From a virus (Duplodnaviria > Caudoviricetes), in the IMG/VR virus record IMGVR_UViG_3300042542_006078: 64,000 nucleotides of DNA. One strand, given 5' to 3'. The notes under the pieces are model-generated. The model saw only the letters and a program-made list of their open reading frames with translations, was not told the DNA's origin and searched no databases. The translations under genes were made by a program, and so were the position numbers. Positions 1 through 10,297 of the stretch are shown piece by piece (the first letter of the stretch is position 1; the number at the start of each line of letters is the position of its first letter).

Positions 1-4
1 TGCA

Positions 5-199
5 ATGAACAACAAGTTTTTTTGGATAGTTGCTGGTTTGACAGGAGCCATGCTTGTCATAGGAATAGGCGGCAAGATTTTTGTGGACAAAGTTGCCGAT
101 GTTGTGATTGATAAGCTCAAGAAAGATTATAGTCCATCTCCATATGGACCCGGAATCGATCCAGACAAGATTGATGTCAGTAAAATTAAGAAATTATAA
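5..199 (+). CDS. small single-pass membrane protein
   Basis: 64 aa ORF; hydrophobic N-terminal segment FFWIVAGLTGAMLVIGIGG. Confidence 0.6.
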   Translation: MNNKFFWIVAGLTGAMLVIGIGGKIFVDKVADVVIDKLKKDYSPSPYGPGIDPDKIDVSKIKKL

Positions 200-209
200 T
201 TCCTTTTTC

Positions 210-557
210 TTACAGAACTTGGCAATTTGTGATTTGTGATGGGTAAGCGCCATTGTCGCTAGCAAGCCTCAACATCTTTACTGCCATTATTTTACCCACT
301 TCTGGTTGTGGATTGATTCTCCTAAATTCACTATGCGTAAAATAAAGCTTAGTCCCGTCAGATAGCTGGACATAAATTGGGTTTCTTTTGAGTATTATCA
401 AGCTTATTTTTGATTTCTTTTCAGTTTCAGGCAAGTCGAGAGACATGTTGGGAAGAACGAATGATTTTGTCCAAGAAAAATTCTCCGAGACGCATATTGC
501 TCCATATCTTTCCAAACAATCCATCATATTCGTAAATTCTTTGAAATTGTTCTTCAT
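210..557 (-). CDS. hypothetical protein
   Basis: 115 aa ORF filling the gap between + strand genes; no recognisable motif. Confidence 0.55.
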   Translation of the reverse strand: MKNNFKEFTNMMDCLERYGAICVSENFSWTKSFVLPNMSLDLPETEKKSKISLIILKRNPIYVQLSDGTKLYFTHSEFRRINPQPEVGKIMAVKMLRLASDNGAYPSQITNCQVL

Positions 558-622
558 GATTACTTATTTAGTTTTACATGAGCGGAAAATATAAAATAAC
601 ATCTTCTTCCTTTATTTTGACC

Positions 623-880
623 ATGATGGTCGAGTTCCTTGATGAAAATGCTCAATCAAGGTCTTTGAGTGTTGGTGTTGATTACTCAATGAACAAAGTA
701 TTCTTTTTGGACAAGAGTGATCCAAAAATAGATTACGATTATCTTGAGAAAAAAATACTTGATAGCATGAAACCCGAGGATGTTCAGGTTCCTGAAATAC
801 CAACTGATTTCATGTATAAGGCCGAACAAGTTCGCATGGGCAAATTCAACAATGAAACTTTTTTTGACAAGAAGGAATAA
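623..880 (+). CDS. hypothetical protein
   Basis: ORF 578-880; ATG at 623 preferred; stop followed by next ATG 2 nt later. Confidence 0.55.
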   Translation: MMVEFLDENAQSRSLSVGVDYSMNKVFFLDKSDPKIDYDYLEKKILDSMKPEDVQVPEIPTDFMYKAEQVRMGKFNNETFFDKKE

Positions 881-882
881 AA

Positions 883-1224
883 ATGCCAACTAATAATGCT
901 GAAAGAGCAGGATTTTCTGTGTCTTTGAACAACGATGCTGAAAAAGTACCTTGCAAACTGAGAATCATGACCTTGGAGAGGGTCTACAAGATTATCGAAA
1001 GTAAGAACTATGATGCCAAAGTGAGTTCCGAATTGAAAAAATCTGCCAGCAAGTACCCGCAGCAGGCATTAGAAAATTTTATGCAAAACTTCGATAAACA
1101 TTTACTAAGAGCAAGAAAAGCAGTAAGATTAAGTAGCCCTACTGTTTCTCCGGTTGACGATTCAATAGAAACAAAAAACAAAGAAGAAGAGATCCCAAAT
1201 GCCCCCCAAGAAACAGAATTCTAA
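883..1224 (+). CDS. hypothetical protein
   Basis: 113 aa ORF, SD-like aaggaa upstream, overlaps dUTPase start. Confidence 0.65.
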   Translation: MPTNNAERAGFSVSLNNDAEKVPCKLRIMTLERVYKIIESKNYDAKVSSELKKSASKYPQQALENFMQNFDKHLLRARKAVRLSSPTVSPVDDSIETKNKEEEIPNAPQETEF

Positions 1225-1711
1225 TCTCACAAGTCACAACGGTCTTCTTGAAGGCAAGCTGCCAGTGAAGATAGTTGCTGATTCTCCTATGTTCATACCC
1301 AAATATAAAACAAATGGCGCTGCTGCATGTGATTTAATTGCAAATATCACCACTAACGATGCAGGACACAATTTTGTTTCTATAATGCCAAATCAAGTGG
1401 AAACAATTGATGTCGGTTTTAGTATGGAGTTGCCATTAGGTTGGGAAGCGCAGATCAGGGTCAGAAGCGGACTTGCTATACAAGGTTTGCAAGTTACCAA
1501 CTCGCCCGGAACTATTGATTCAGATTACAGAGGCAGAATTAAAGTAATTGTCAACAGCACAAGTAAAAACATCATAAGAATTACTCATGGAGATAGATTC
1601 GCCCAAATGCTGGTCAAACCAGTTTGGCAAATCGATTGGCAAGAAGTTAATGAACTTAGCGTCACTGATAGAAATAATGGTGGTTTTGGATCTACAGGAA
1701 TAAAATCATGA
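1199..1711 (+). CDS. dut: trimeric dUTPase
   Basis: motifs GAAACDL, RSGLA, SPGTIDSDYRGRIKV, RFAQML, RNNGGFGSTG. Confidence 0.96.
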   Translation: MPPKKQNSNLTSHNGLLEGKLPVKIVADSPMFIPKYKTNGAAACDLIANITTNDAGHNFVSIMPNQVETIDVGFSMELPLGWEAQIRVRSGLAIQGLQVTNSPGTIDSDYRGRIKVIVNSTSKNIIRITHGDRFAQMLVKPVWQIDWQEVNELSVTDRNNGGFGSTGIKS

Positions 1712-1917
1712 AAGTATTTGCAATTATCAGCATAGCCAGACAAGTCCAAGGTGAATATGTTGTCTGCAAGGTAGAAAAGGCATTCACTAGCTCTACAAAA
1801 GCTGGCGAATACGCTAATTCCTTGGCTAGACAATATGCAGAAACCATACAAACACCATCTGGTCCAATTCCATGTGTTTGTGAAAGAGGCGTATTTGAAA
1901 TTGATGTAGTGGAATAA
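1708..1917 (+). CDS. hypothetical protein
   Basis: 69 aa, ATGA overlap with dut stop. Confidence 0.65.
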   Translation: MKVFAIISIARQVQGEYVVCKVEKAFTSSTKAGEYANSLARQYAETIQTPSGPIPCVCERGVFEIDVVE

Positions 1918-1929
1918 AGGAGCAAAAAA

Positions 1930-2658
1930 ATGAGTACACACAATCCTCTTGAAGGCGACCGTCCTGAAATGACAGTCAAACTTCACGAAAACAGCGATGA
2001 TCATGTTTCAATTATTGTCGTCCACAAAGATAGACCAGAATATTTGAACATTTGCCTTCAATCAATTGCTGTCACATCATTCAACAACAACTATGAAATA
2101 ATTGTTGTTGATAACGGAAGCGGCAAGGAAAGTCAGGAATTTCTTAAAGATATTGAAGGCGAAGTGAAAGTTGTCAGAAATGACAAAAATTTATATTGGA
2201 GCGCAGCTTGTAACAAGGGAGTTCAAGCTGCCGATAAGAACAGCAAGTATTTTATTTTCATTCATTGTGATGTCGTGATACTCAACCCTGCATGGATCGA
2301 TCTATTGATCAATGTTTCCGAGGCTCAAGGCTCCGGTTTTGTTGGAATTGATACCCAATCCTATATGATGGGACAACAGAAGGTTGATTTTCTTCAGGAC
2401 CATTTGACTCTTATCACAAGAGAAGCTTGGAATGATATTGGCCCTTGGCCAGAATCTCTTCCTCAGATAGGAACAACTTTTATTCTGACAATTAGGGCTC
2501 AACAAAAGGGCCATAAACCGCAAATCATGAAAAATCCAATCATTCATCACTATAAGATTTTCAGCATGGATATTTCTGATTATGAAAGAATGACAGAACA
2601 AGCAATGACAACTTTGCCAAAACTCATGACGGATGTTTATTCCAAGGCAGTTGGATGA
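1930..2658 (+). CDS. glycosyltransferase family 2
   Basis: VSIIVVHKDR, IIVVDNGS, ACNKG, FIHCDV (DxD-like). Confidence 0.85.
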   Translation: MSTHNPLEGDRPEMTVKLHENSDDHVSIIVVHKDRPEYLNICLQSIAVTSFNNNYEIIVVDNGSGKESQEFLKDIEGEVKVVRNDKNLYWSAACNKGVQAADKNSKYFIFIHCDVVILNPAWIDLLINVSEAQGSGFVGIDTQSYMMGQQKVDFLQDHLTLITREAWNDIGPWPESLPQIGTTFILTIRAQQKGHKPQIMKNPIIHHYKIFSMDISDYERMTEQAMTTLPKLMTDVYSKAVG

Positions 2659-3317
2659 GACTAACAGTTAAAAATGATAGTTTTGCCGTTTTTGATAATG
2701 TCTTTGATCAAGACTTCTATGACTCTTTTGTCAAATTTTTTTGCCAACTAGATTACGCAAAGAATTTAGGAAAACATGAAAAAGTTTGGAGATTGTGTGA
2801 TGGTGATCATTATGCAGGAGAATATTCTCTAACTAGAAAATTGCCATTCAACTCTCCACTTGACGCTCTTCATGAAAATGTGAAGTTCTTGGTTAAAGAG
2901 CATGTTTCACAAATAGTGGGAGAAGAAGGAAAAGATTGGGTCGAAATTTCTTACAGACCTTACATTTACCCACAAGGTTCAAGAATTTCATGGCATAATG
3001 ATCTTGGTTATTCTGGAGCATGTATATTCTATTGTCACCAAGAATGGAACCCCAGTTGGGGAGGCGAGCTTATGGTGGCCAATGTGCCATCTAGAGAACT
3101 TGCCTGTATGAACCCCACCCCAGACTGCGAACTTAGTAGAAAACACATTAAACCTATTTTAGACTATTATGGTTTCGGCAATTATATTTCATGTCTTCCA
3201 AACAGAATGGTATTTACAAAAGGTGATACATGGCACACTATCAACAGAGTTGATAAAGATGCTGGTGAAAACCTTAGATTTTCATTCGTCGCCTTTTTTT
3301 TGCAAAAAAAGAATTAA
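2655..3317 (+). CDS. 2OG-Fe(II) oxygenase (prolyl-4-hydroxylase-like)
   Basis: WHND (HxD), W..SWGGEL, NRMVF, distal WH and RFS motifs. Confidence 0.8.
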   Translation: MRLTVKNDSFAVFDNVFDQDFYDSFVKFFCQLDYAKNLGKHEKVWRLCDGDHYAGEYSLTRKLPFNSPLDALHENVKFLVKEHVSQIVGEEGKDWVEISYRPYIYPQGSRISWHNDLGYSGACIFYCHQEWNPSWGGELMVANVPSRELACMNPTPDCELSRKHIKPILDYYGFGNYISCLPNRMVFTKGDTWHTINRVDKDAGENLRFSFVAFFLQKKN

Positions 3318-3345
3318 TTATTGAACAATCATTCGGGAATGAAAT

Positions 3346-4095
3346 ATGGCCAAGGTAATAGATTGTTTTACATTCTATAATGAATTCAAGATTCTTGATT
3401 TAAGACTCGCTGAACTAAAAGATGTAGTAGATCATTTTATTTTAGTGGAAGCTACCAAAACTCACTCTGGCGAAAATAAAAGATTGTATTTTGATGAATT
3501 AAAAAGCCAATATGAAGAATATCCAATAATTCATGTTGTAGTTGATGATATGCCAGAAAAAACCGATTCTTGGGTTAGAGAAAACCACCAAAGGCGTTCT
3601 ATTATAAAAGGCCTAAAAGACATAATTCTCGATGATCAAGATATTTTAATTTTAACAGATGTTGATGAAATACCTGATCCAGAAACAGTAAAAATTATAG
3701 CAAAACAAGGATTGGCAGATTGCGTTGCTTTGGAGATGGATTTGTATTATTACAATCTTCACTGCAAATGGCAAATCAAATGGACTCATTCAAAAATATT
3801 TACTTATTCTAAATTCAAGGAAGTTGGTGATTTTCAGGCAATGAGATTTTATCCTTGCAGAGTATGCATTCCAAAAGGAGGTTGGCATTTTAGTTATTTT
3901 GGAGATATTGATTTTATAATCAATAAGATTCAGTCTTTTGCTCATCAAGAATTTAACAAAGAAGAATATAAAAATCGTGAAAAAATTCAGAAATGCATAG
4001 ATGAAAAAACAAGCCTTTATGAAAATGTGCAAAATATTGACATAGAACCACATAAAAATGATTATCTGCCAAAAAATTGGAAAATATTGGCTTGA
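3346..4095 (+). CDS. glycosyltransferase family 17 (beta-1,4-GlcNAc transferase III-like)
   Basis: IDCFTFYNE…LRLAEL, FILVEATKTHSG, ENHQR, TDVDEIP, GGWHFSYFG. Confidence 0.85.
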   Translation: MAKVIDCFTFYNEFKILDLRLAELKDVVDHFILVEATKTHSGENKRLYFDELKSQYEEYPIIHVVVDDMPEKTDSWVRENHQRRSIIKGLKDIILDDQDILILTDVDEIPDPETVKIIAKQGLADCVALEMDLYYYNLHCKWQIKWTHSKIFTYSKFKEVGDFQAMRFYPCRVCIPKGGWHFSYFGDIDFIINKIQSFAHQEFNKEEYKNREKIQKCIDEKTSLYENVQNIDIEPHKNDYLPKNWKILA

Positions 4096-4096
4096 T

Positions 4097-4558
4097 TTAG
4101 ATTTTCTTGATGAATTTATTCCATTCGTCATTGACCCAAATGATTGGCGGATGATTGCTATAGTAAGCAGCATAGCTCATGCAGAATATTTCCTCATCAT
4201 CTTGTCTTATTGCTTCTTTTTGGGATTTTTTTTGAAACTTGTCTATTTGTTTTTGTTTTGTTCTTTTAATTATTTCACGCCATTCTTTTTTTAGTTCATC
4301 TGTAACTAGATGCTCCCATATTAAATGAGCAATTTCGTGAAGTGTCGTGAATCCACGACCATAATTCCAAGGCGCTGCTATTACTATTTTGTTTTTATGA
4401 ATGTAACCAATGTGATCGTTATCGCCATCTAAGGTATTGCCTTTGGTGTACTTGAATTTATATCCGTCAAAAAGTTTTCTATGAGATTTCGGCAATGAAG
4501 CCAAAAGTTCTTCAACATTTTTCTTCTCTTCGGATTCTAAAAAAAATCTAAAATTCAT
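4097..4558 (-). CDS. putative zinc metallopeptidase (HExxH) with capsid-targeting-like N-terminus
   Basis: TTLHEIAH motif and downstream EEIFC; N-terminus MNFRFFLESEE; SD aggag. Confidence 0.6.
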   Translation of the reverse strand: MNFRFFLESEEKKNVEELLASLPKSHRKLFDGYKFKYTKGNTLDGDNDHIGYIHKNKIVIAAPWNYGRGFTTLHEIAHLIWEHLVTDELKKEWREIIKRTKQKQIDKFQKKSQKEAIRQDDEEIFCMSYAAYYSNHPPIIWVNDEWNKFIKKI

Positions 4559-4620
4559 CCTTGTTTCTCCTAAAAACTATCTAGTTGAAAATGACTTAAA
4601 TTAGAATATTGTTCAAAAAG

Positions 4621-4628
4621 TATAAATA
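4621..4628 (+). promoter_or_regulatory. T4-type late promoter-like motif TATAAATA
   Basis: exact match to the T4 gp55 late consensus ~40 nt upstream of a structural-looking gene. Confidence 0.5.
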
Positions 4629-4670
4629 AAATATCATTTGTGGGAGCGCAATTAAATTGTGTTGAATATT

Positions 4671-6242
4671 ATGAACCAGCAATCTCTTATCAATTTTCCA
4701 AATGGCCTTCCAAACAATGGCCTTCCACTTCCTGTTGGAATTGTTTCTGGAAACATTTCTGTTTCATCAGGCAATATTTCACTCTACACAGCAAGCGGCG
4801 CTGTAAGCCAAGGAAATCCACTCCCTGTTGATATTGGCGGCGGTACAGTTAACATCAATGTTAATTCAGGCACAAATCTTAATGTTTCTGTTACATCAGG
4901 TCTGTTTGCAATTTTATCAGGTAGGGTAAGCGTTTCATCTGGTAACACTTCGATTTACACAGCAAGTGGCACAGTTAGTCAATTAAATCCATTCCCTGTT
5001 TCAATTTCATCAGGAGCATTTTCTAACAATACTATTCCAGTTAGTTTTGCAGCAGGAACCACAGATGCATTTGGAAGACTTAGGGTAAGTAATCCCTTCA
5101 CCGTTTTTGACAGTCAGCATCGTTATCAGATCAATGACAAATGGAATTATGTCACAAGTGGAGGCGGTTCAACTGTTTATGACACCAATGGCAGTCTTGT
5201 CAATTTGAATACTAACTTGGCATCAGGATCTCAAGTAATTGCTGAAACCAAAAGAGTAATGCCTTATCAGCCCGGTAAATCACTTCTTATTTATAGCACA
5301 TTTACGATGTCATCTGCACAAGAAAGCTTGAGACAAAGAATAGGTTATTTTGGCGAACAGAATGGAATTTATTTTGAATTAGATGGGGAATCAGTAAATT
5401 TTGTGAAAAGAAGTTATGTATCTGGTTCTGTTGTCGAAACAAAAGCAACAAGAAATGGGATTTCAGACTGGAATATAGACAACTTGGATGGAACTGGACC
5501 TAGTGGCTACAACTTGTCAAATTACAGCAGTTCTTTGATTTTATATATTGAAATAGAATGGCTTGGAGTTGGTGATGTTCGTGTTGGTTTTGTATTTAAT
5601 AACACATATGTACCATGTCATTCTTTTAAGCATACTCCTGTTGGTGGAAGTCCTATAAGCGGAACATATATGACAACCGCTTGTTTGCCATTAAGGGCTG
5701 AAATTACAAATAAAGGACCAATTGCTAATTCTGGTAATCTAAAACAAATTTGCAATAGTGTTATTTCAGAAGGTGGATACGAAGGATTTAGCAGAAGATA
5801 TAATGTAGATTTAGGAACAACCCCTAAAAATCTTGCAAATGATGATGAGTTATATCCAATTATTTCTTTGCGTCTCGCTTCAGGAAGATTAGATTCAATT
5901 ATTGTTCCTTCAAATTTGAATGCAATTGTGACAAGCAATCAAGATGTTCAATATAGAATTATTTTGGACGGCACCACTAGTGGCGCAGTTTGGACTACAC
6001 ATTATAATGGCAATGTTCAATATGATACTTCAGCTACATCATTGGCAAGTGGAAGTGGAACAAATGTCATTGGCGGATATATCAACAAGCAAGGATATAT
6101 TGATATTACCAGCCTGAATCAATTTAACTTTCAAATAGGAAGATTACTAGATGGAACAAGTCAAGTGTTGACAATTGCTATGGCTCCTACATCAGCAAAC
6201 ACGAAAGTTTTAGCTGATTTATCATGGTTTGAAATTATTTGA
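4671..6242 (+). CDS. putative virion structural protein (beta-rich)
   Basis: duplicated N-terminal repeat (SVSSGNxSxYTASGxVSQxNPxPV); DAFGRLRVSNPFTVFDS motif seen in large-phage structural proteins; ORF opens at 4659, ATG 4671 preferred. Confidence 0.6.
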   Translation: MNQQSLINFPNGLPNNGLPLPVGIVSGNISVSSGNISLYTASGAVSQGNPLPVDIGGGTVNINVNSGTNLNVSVTSGLFAILSGRVSVSSGNTSIYTASGTVSQLNPFPVSISSGAFSNNTIPVSFAAGTTDAFGRLRVSNPFTVFDSQHRYQINDKWNYVTSGGGSTVYDTNGSLVNLNTNLASGSQVIAETKRVMPYQPGKSLLIYSTFTMSSAQESLRQRIGYFGEQNGIYFELDGESVNFVKRSYVSGSVVETKATRNGISDWNIDNLDGTGPSGYNLSNYSSSLILYIEIEWLGVGDVRVGFVFNNTYVPCHSFKHTPVGGSPISGTYMTTACLPLRAEITNKGPIANSGNLKQICNSVISEGGYEGFSRRYNVDLGTTPKNLANDDELYPIISLRLASGRLDSIIVPSNLNAIVTSNQDVQYRIILDGTTSGAVWTTHYNGNVQYDTSATSLASGSGTNVIGGYINKQGYIDITSLNQFNFQIGRLLDGTSQVLTIAMAPTSANTKVLADLSWFEII

Positions 6243-6254
6243 TAATTTGGTAAA

Positions 6255-6288
6255 AAAACCACTCAAATAAAAATATTTGAGTGGTTTT
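6255..6288. terminator. bidirectional intrinsic terminator
   Basis: 15-bp stem aaaaccactcaaata/tatttgagtggtttt, 4-nt loop, between convergent genes. Confidence 0.8.
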
Positions 6289-6307
6289 ACTGTAAAAATA
6301 AATTTTT

Positions 6308-7258
6308 TTAGGCTATTACAGATGTGTCAACACTCTTCCATGCACCGCCAACATAGACCTCTATGTTGCTTGTGGCTGTGTTGTAGCAAATCATACCGTT
6401 GGTTGCAGTGCCAGCAGCAGCATCTCTTGCGGTAGCATTAGCATAGACTGGCATGACTGGCATACTTTGGATATAAATGTGACCATTTCTACCAGCACCA
6501 GAATTAGTGCCACAAGAAAGAAACATATCACCAGCACGATCTGTGCCAACACTATTACCAGTAGTAATTTCGATATCGCCACCACGACCATCTACTGTAC
6601 CAACGCCAGCTTCGATAAAGATGTCTCCGCCATTCACATCCATAGTAGCGGTTGAATTACCAGCATATATGCCTATGTCGCCTGCTTCTGGATCAGTTTC
6701 GCCGCTGCTGCCATCTCCATTACCGCTATCGCCAGCACGAATAGTTACACCACCAGCTTGACCATCATCGCCAGCATCGCCAGCTTCTAATAAAATACTA
6801 CCACCATCGCTGTCGCCAATGCCAGTAGATGCACTACCGCCATAGATATTTACATCGCCAGCATCGCTATTGTTTGCGCTGTCAGCATTGCCACCTCTAA
6901 TCGTTACACTTCCAGCGTCTGCATCTGGGCCATCTCCAGTATTGCCAGCTTCGATGTTGATGTTTCCGCCATTTCCGTCTCCATTTGCATTACCAGCATA
7001 AATATTTACATTGCCACCATCAGCATCAGTATTATCATCAGCACTTGGGTATCCTGCTCCAGTTTCGATTGTAATGTTTGCTGCATCAACGGAATTTACT
7101 GTTCCGTTTGCGGTAGAAATAATTATTTCCCTATTCAAATTTTCAAAAATTTGACTGACATCGACCAAGTTTTCTTGTTTTACAACATCATTCACGATTT
7201 TTGGAATGATGTCTACTGCCGATCCCGGTCCTGTGCCCTCAGTTGTTTGTGCGCCCAT
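6308..7258 (-). CDS. Gly/Asp-rich repetitive fibre/adhesin-like protein
   Basis: about ten imperfect GG(N/D/S)(V/I)xIxAG repeats; C-terminal GMICYNTATSNIEVYVGGAW fibre-type motif; SD gaggag. Confidence 0.65.
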   Translation of the reverse strand: MGAQTTEGTGPGSAVDIIPKIVNDVVKQENLVDVSQIFENLNREIIISTANGTVNSVDAANITIETGAGYPSADDNTDADGGNVNIYAGNANGDGNGGNINIEAGNTGDGPDADAGSVTIRGGNADSANNSDAGDVNIYGGSASTGIGDSDGGSILLEAGDAGDDGQAGGVTIRAGDSGNGDGSSGETDPEAGDIGIYAGNSTATMDVNGGDIFIEAGVGTVDGRGGDIEITTGNSVGTDRAGDMFLSCGTNSGAGRNGHIYIQSMPVMPVYANATARDAAAGTATNGMICYNTATSNIEVYVGGAWKSVDTSVIA

Positions 7259-7340
7259 GTTTTCTCCTCAATAAAATAAAACTATTGTCTTTATATTTAT
7301 TATTTTGAAAAAATAAATTATAAGACATCTAAATAAAATC

Positions 7341-8072
7341 ATGGCAAAACCAAGAAAAAAACCTGTCAAGACAGAAAAACAACCTCAAAACAATCAACAC
7401 GCAAGTGTTAAAAAACAACAATTTCATGTTGAGTTTTTGAATGCTGCTCAAAAATTAGCTTGGTCGGCATTTGACCAACATGATATTTTGTTTTTATTGG
7501 GTGCAGCAGGCACGGGGAAATCGCACCTCGGTTGCGCTTTTGCAATTAGTGAAGTTTTAGCAAAAAGAAAAGAAAAAATTGTTATCACAAGACCAACTAT
7601 TGAAGCTGGGGGAAGAGGTCTTGGGTTCCTTCCCGGCGATGCCGATGCTAAATTAACTCCTTATATGCTTCCTCTTTTTGATTGCATGGATATGTGTTTG
7701 GGAACATTTTCCCCTCAGCGTGAAGCAATTGCGAAGAGCGTGGAAATTGCACCTTTACAGTTCATGAGAGGCAGAACATTTCATAATTCTGTTTGCATTC
7801 TTGATGAAGCTCAGAACTGTAATTATGGCGAAATTAAATTATTTTTGACAAGATTCGGAAAGAACAGCAAAGTAATTATCACAGGCGACCCTCTGCAAAG
7901 CGACTTGCCTTGGAAAGATAGAGCTTTGATGAATGTTGTTGAAAAGTTGTCTGGTCTTAAGGGTGTTGGTGTCATTCAATTCAAACCTAGTTCAATTGTT
8001 CGCCATCCATTGATTGCTGGTATTCTTGAAAGGTTGGAGGATAAGGAGGAGAATGGCTCTAGTAGTACCTGA
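7341..8072 (+). CDS. phoH: PhoH family ATPase
   Basis: GAAGTGKS Walker A, ITRP, LGFLPGD, FMRGRTF, ILDEAQN, GDPLQSDL, IVRHPL. Confidence 0.96.
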   Translation: MAKPRKKPVKTEKQPQNNQHASVKKQQFHVEFLNAAQKLAWSAFDQHDILFLLGAAGTGKSHLGCAFAISEVLAKRKEKIVITRPTIEAGGRGLGFLPGDADAKLTPYMLPLFDCMDMCLGTFSPQREAIAKSVEIAPLQFMRGRTFHNSVCILDEAQNCNYGEIKLFLTRFGKNSKVIITGDPLQSDLPWKDRALMNVVEKLSGLKGVGVIQFKPSSIVRHPLIAGILERLEDKEENGSSST

Positions 8073-8463
8073 TCTTGGTGAAATTGAACTTCTGACCAAG
8101 TTGCTCATTAACACAACTGACACAGAAGACTATATTGTAAGATTGTATCAGAATAATTATAGCCCAAGCAATACCACCGTTGTTGGTGATTTTACCGAAG
8201 CCAACTTTACCAATTACACAGCTAAAACTATTGCAAGAAGTGATTGGGCATCTCCTTCAACTTTTGCCACCAAAGCCGAATCGAGTGTTACTGCTCAATC
8301 TTGGACTTGTGGCATTACTGGTAATACATTATATGGATATTATGTAATTGGCTCGACATCGGGAGTATGTTTGTGGGCAGAACAATTCGCTGCTTCTAGG
8401 ATTTTAGTTGACGGAGACATTCTTAATCTTACTCCAAAATTTACTCTTTCAAGCGCAAACTAA
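8053..8463 (+). CDS. putative virion structural protein
   Basis: SD aaggagga then ATG 8053; VRLYQNN…FTEANF…YGYYV…LWAEQF pattern typical of phage tail-associated proteins. Confidence 0.6.
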   Translation: MALVVPDLGEIELLTKLLINTTDTEDYIVRLYQNNYSPSNTTVVGDFTEANFTNYTAKTIARSDWASPSTFATKAESSVTAQSWTCGITGNTLYGYYVIGSTSGVCLWAEQFAASRILVDGDILNLTPKFTLSSAN

Positions 8464-8494
8464 TTCTTTTGCTGTTGCGTGGTAAATAATTTAT

Positions 8495-9892
8495 ATGACC
8501 GTATACAATGACACCATGAATGACGGTGTGGAGATAAATGGCTCCGCATTAGTAATAGCAAAAGTCAATGTTGACATTGATTTTTATTGGTCAGTAAACA
8601 ATACAATAGAAGTTGATTTAAGTTTTGAGTGGTCAATTGGAGAAATACCTCTTTACTGGTATGTGATTGAAGGATATTTGAATCCTCCAGATGCCACTCA
8701 AGCTTTGGCGATAACAGTTCCAGAAAAACAAAACTTCATTCAAACAATACTTGCAAGAACTCCGAAGGAAGTTTGTGAGTATTTTGAAAGAGAAAAGTTA
8801 CCTTGGCAAATTGTCAATATAAAGCGTTATAGACAGCCAGCAGACATTTATCTTAATGATCCAAATGTTTACACTAATGTTCTTGATCTTTTGAATTTTC
8901 AATGTCCTCAATTTTTAGTAAGCACAAATGCTATTACTTACATAGGAATGTCCGCCTCTGCCATTCCGGTTATTGCAAATTATATTGGAAGCGGAATTGC
9001 TAGTTTTTCTGGTAGCGCCTCAGCCTCTATTACATCTGGCGGCACAACTCCGACATCATCTTCATTTTCATATGCGAGTACAGGTTTAGTTATTACAACA
9101 GGTGGATATGGATTATACGATTCATCTTTGCAGTTTGATTATTTGACTTATGCCGGAATAACCACTTATTTGGAACAAGAGGTTCTGTTCGGGTTGGGTT
9201 CAAGCACTGCGACTATTGTCCCAGCAGCCAACACTATCGCAACTGCATGTGGTGCGTGTACGGCATTTCCTTCTGAGCTTTATTTGCAAACAAACTTAGA
9301 AAATTCAAACATTTTCTCTAAATTTCTGCAAAGAAATAATTTAGAGTTTAGCAAAGTCATGTCAATTTTTTATAATAGGCGTTTGGAGTCTTGGCTGGCT
9401 TTTCAACATTTTGTTGGACTTTCTGATGACAACACCACTGATGAAACATGGAGGTTTCAATTTGAGTGGAGTTGCACAACTAATTTCGGTGACTCGACTG
9501 GATTTCCAATGCTTAAGTTTTCCATGCTTGTTACAAGGAAAAATTTGGAAACAGGACTTAGTATGGATACAAGATTAGCAATTATTTTTACAACAGATTC
9601 AGTTTGTTCTGCAATCAGAAATTTCAAACAAGATTTATTATTTGATTTGAACACTAAAACTAAATATGTCACAAGCATAATAGGAGTTGTGGCCAGCAAT
9701 GTTTTATTGTCTGATAAAATAGGAATATTCGGTTCAACATATTGGCAATCAAAACCAACTTTAAGCGTCAGAATTTCAAGTCAAAACACAACTATTACTA
9801 CAGAAATGCAAGATATTTCTTTCATAGTTCCTCAGAATCCATCTGTATTTCAAGATCAGACTCTTTTCCAGAGATCGGATACTAATGTATAA
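8495..9892 (+). CDS. hypothetical, probably structural protein
   Basis: 465 aa, Ser/Thr/Gly-rich middle; TAAATA at 8483-8488. Confidence 0.5.
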   Translation: MTVYNDTMNDGVEINGSALVIAKVNVDIDFYWSVNNTIEVDLSFEWSIGEIPLYWYVIEGYLNPPDATQALAITVPEKQNFIQTILARTPKEVCEYFEREKLPWQIVNIKRYRQPADIYLNDPNVYTNVLDLLNFQCPQFLVSTNAITYIGMSASAIPVIANYIGSGIASFSGSASASITSGGTTPTSSSFSYASTGLVITTGGYGLYDSSLQFDYLTYAGITTYLEQEVLFGLGSSTATIVPAANTIATACGACTAFPSELYLQTNLENSNIFSKFLQRNNLEFSKVMSIFYNRRLESWLAFQHFVGLSDDNTTDETWRFQFEWSCTTNFGDSTGFPMLKFSMLVTRKNLETGLSMDTRLAIIFTTDSVCSAIRNFKQDLLFDLNTKTKYVTSIIGVVASNVLLSDKIGIFGSTYWQSKPTLSVRISSQNTTITTEMQDISFIVPQNPSVFQDQTLFQRSDTNV

Positions 9893-9899
9893 TTGAATT

Positions 9900-10205
9900 A
9901 TGGAAAACATTCTTTTGAGCATTGTGATCTTTTTATTGATTGTTAATTTGACACTTTATTTTTTCCTTTCCGTTTACATTGTCAGAATGAATAACAGGTT
10001 TGATTCTTTGATATCAGAACTTATACAGTTGATATCATTAAATGATTCGGAGCCTGTTGTTCCTCCTGATCCTGCCAGCAAGCCTAAAACTTGGGATGAG
10101 AAATACGAGATGGAAATTGAAATGATGACAAGAAGAATGAGGCAAGATTCTGGTCTTGCTGACATACCAACTGTTAGAAGTTACGATTTGTCATCGGAAA
10201 ATTAA
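9900..10205 (+). CDS. membrane-anchored hypothetical protein
   Basis: N-terminal 25-residue hydrophobic helix. Confidence 0.6.
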   Translation: MENILLSIVIFLLIVNLTLYFFLSVYIVRMNNRFDSLISELIQLISLNDSEPVVPPDPASKPKTWDEKYEMEIEMMTRRMRQDSGLADIPTVRSYDLSSEN

Positions 10206-10297
10206 ATTGAAAAAAACTTTGTTGCTTATTTTGCAAAAATTTGGTAAAAGGTGATGAGGCGTTAGTTTTTACGAATTGGCTCGTCACTAGGTGACGC

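Noticed and set aside
10251-10290. Hammerhead-like TGATGAG…CGAA before the amidoligase
   Set aside because: C3 and A15.1 are missing and stem II is out of register.
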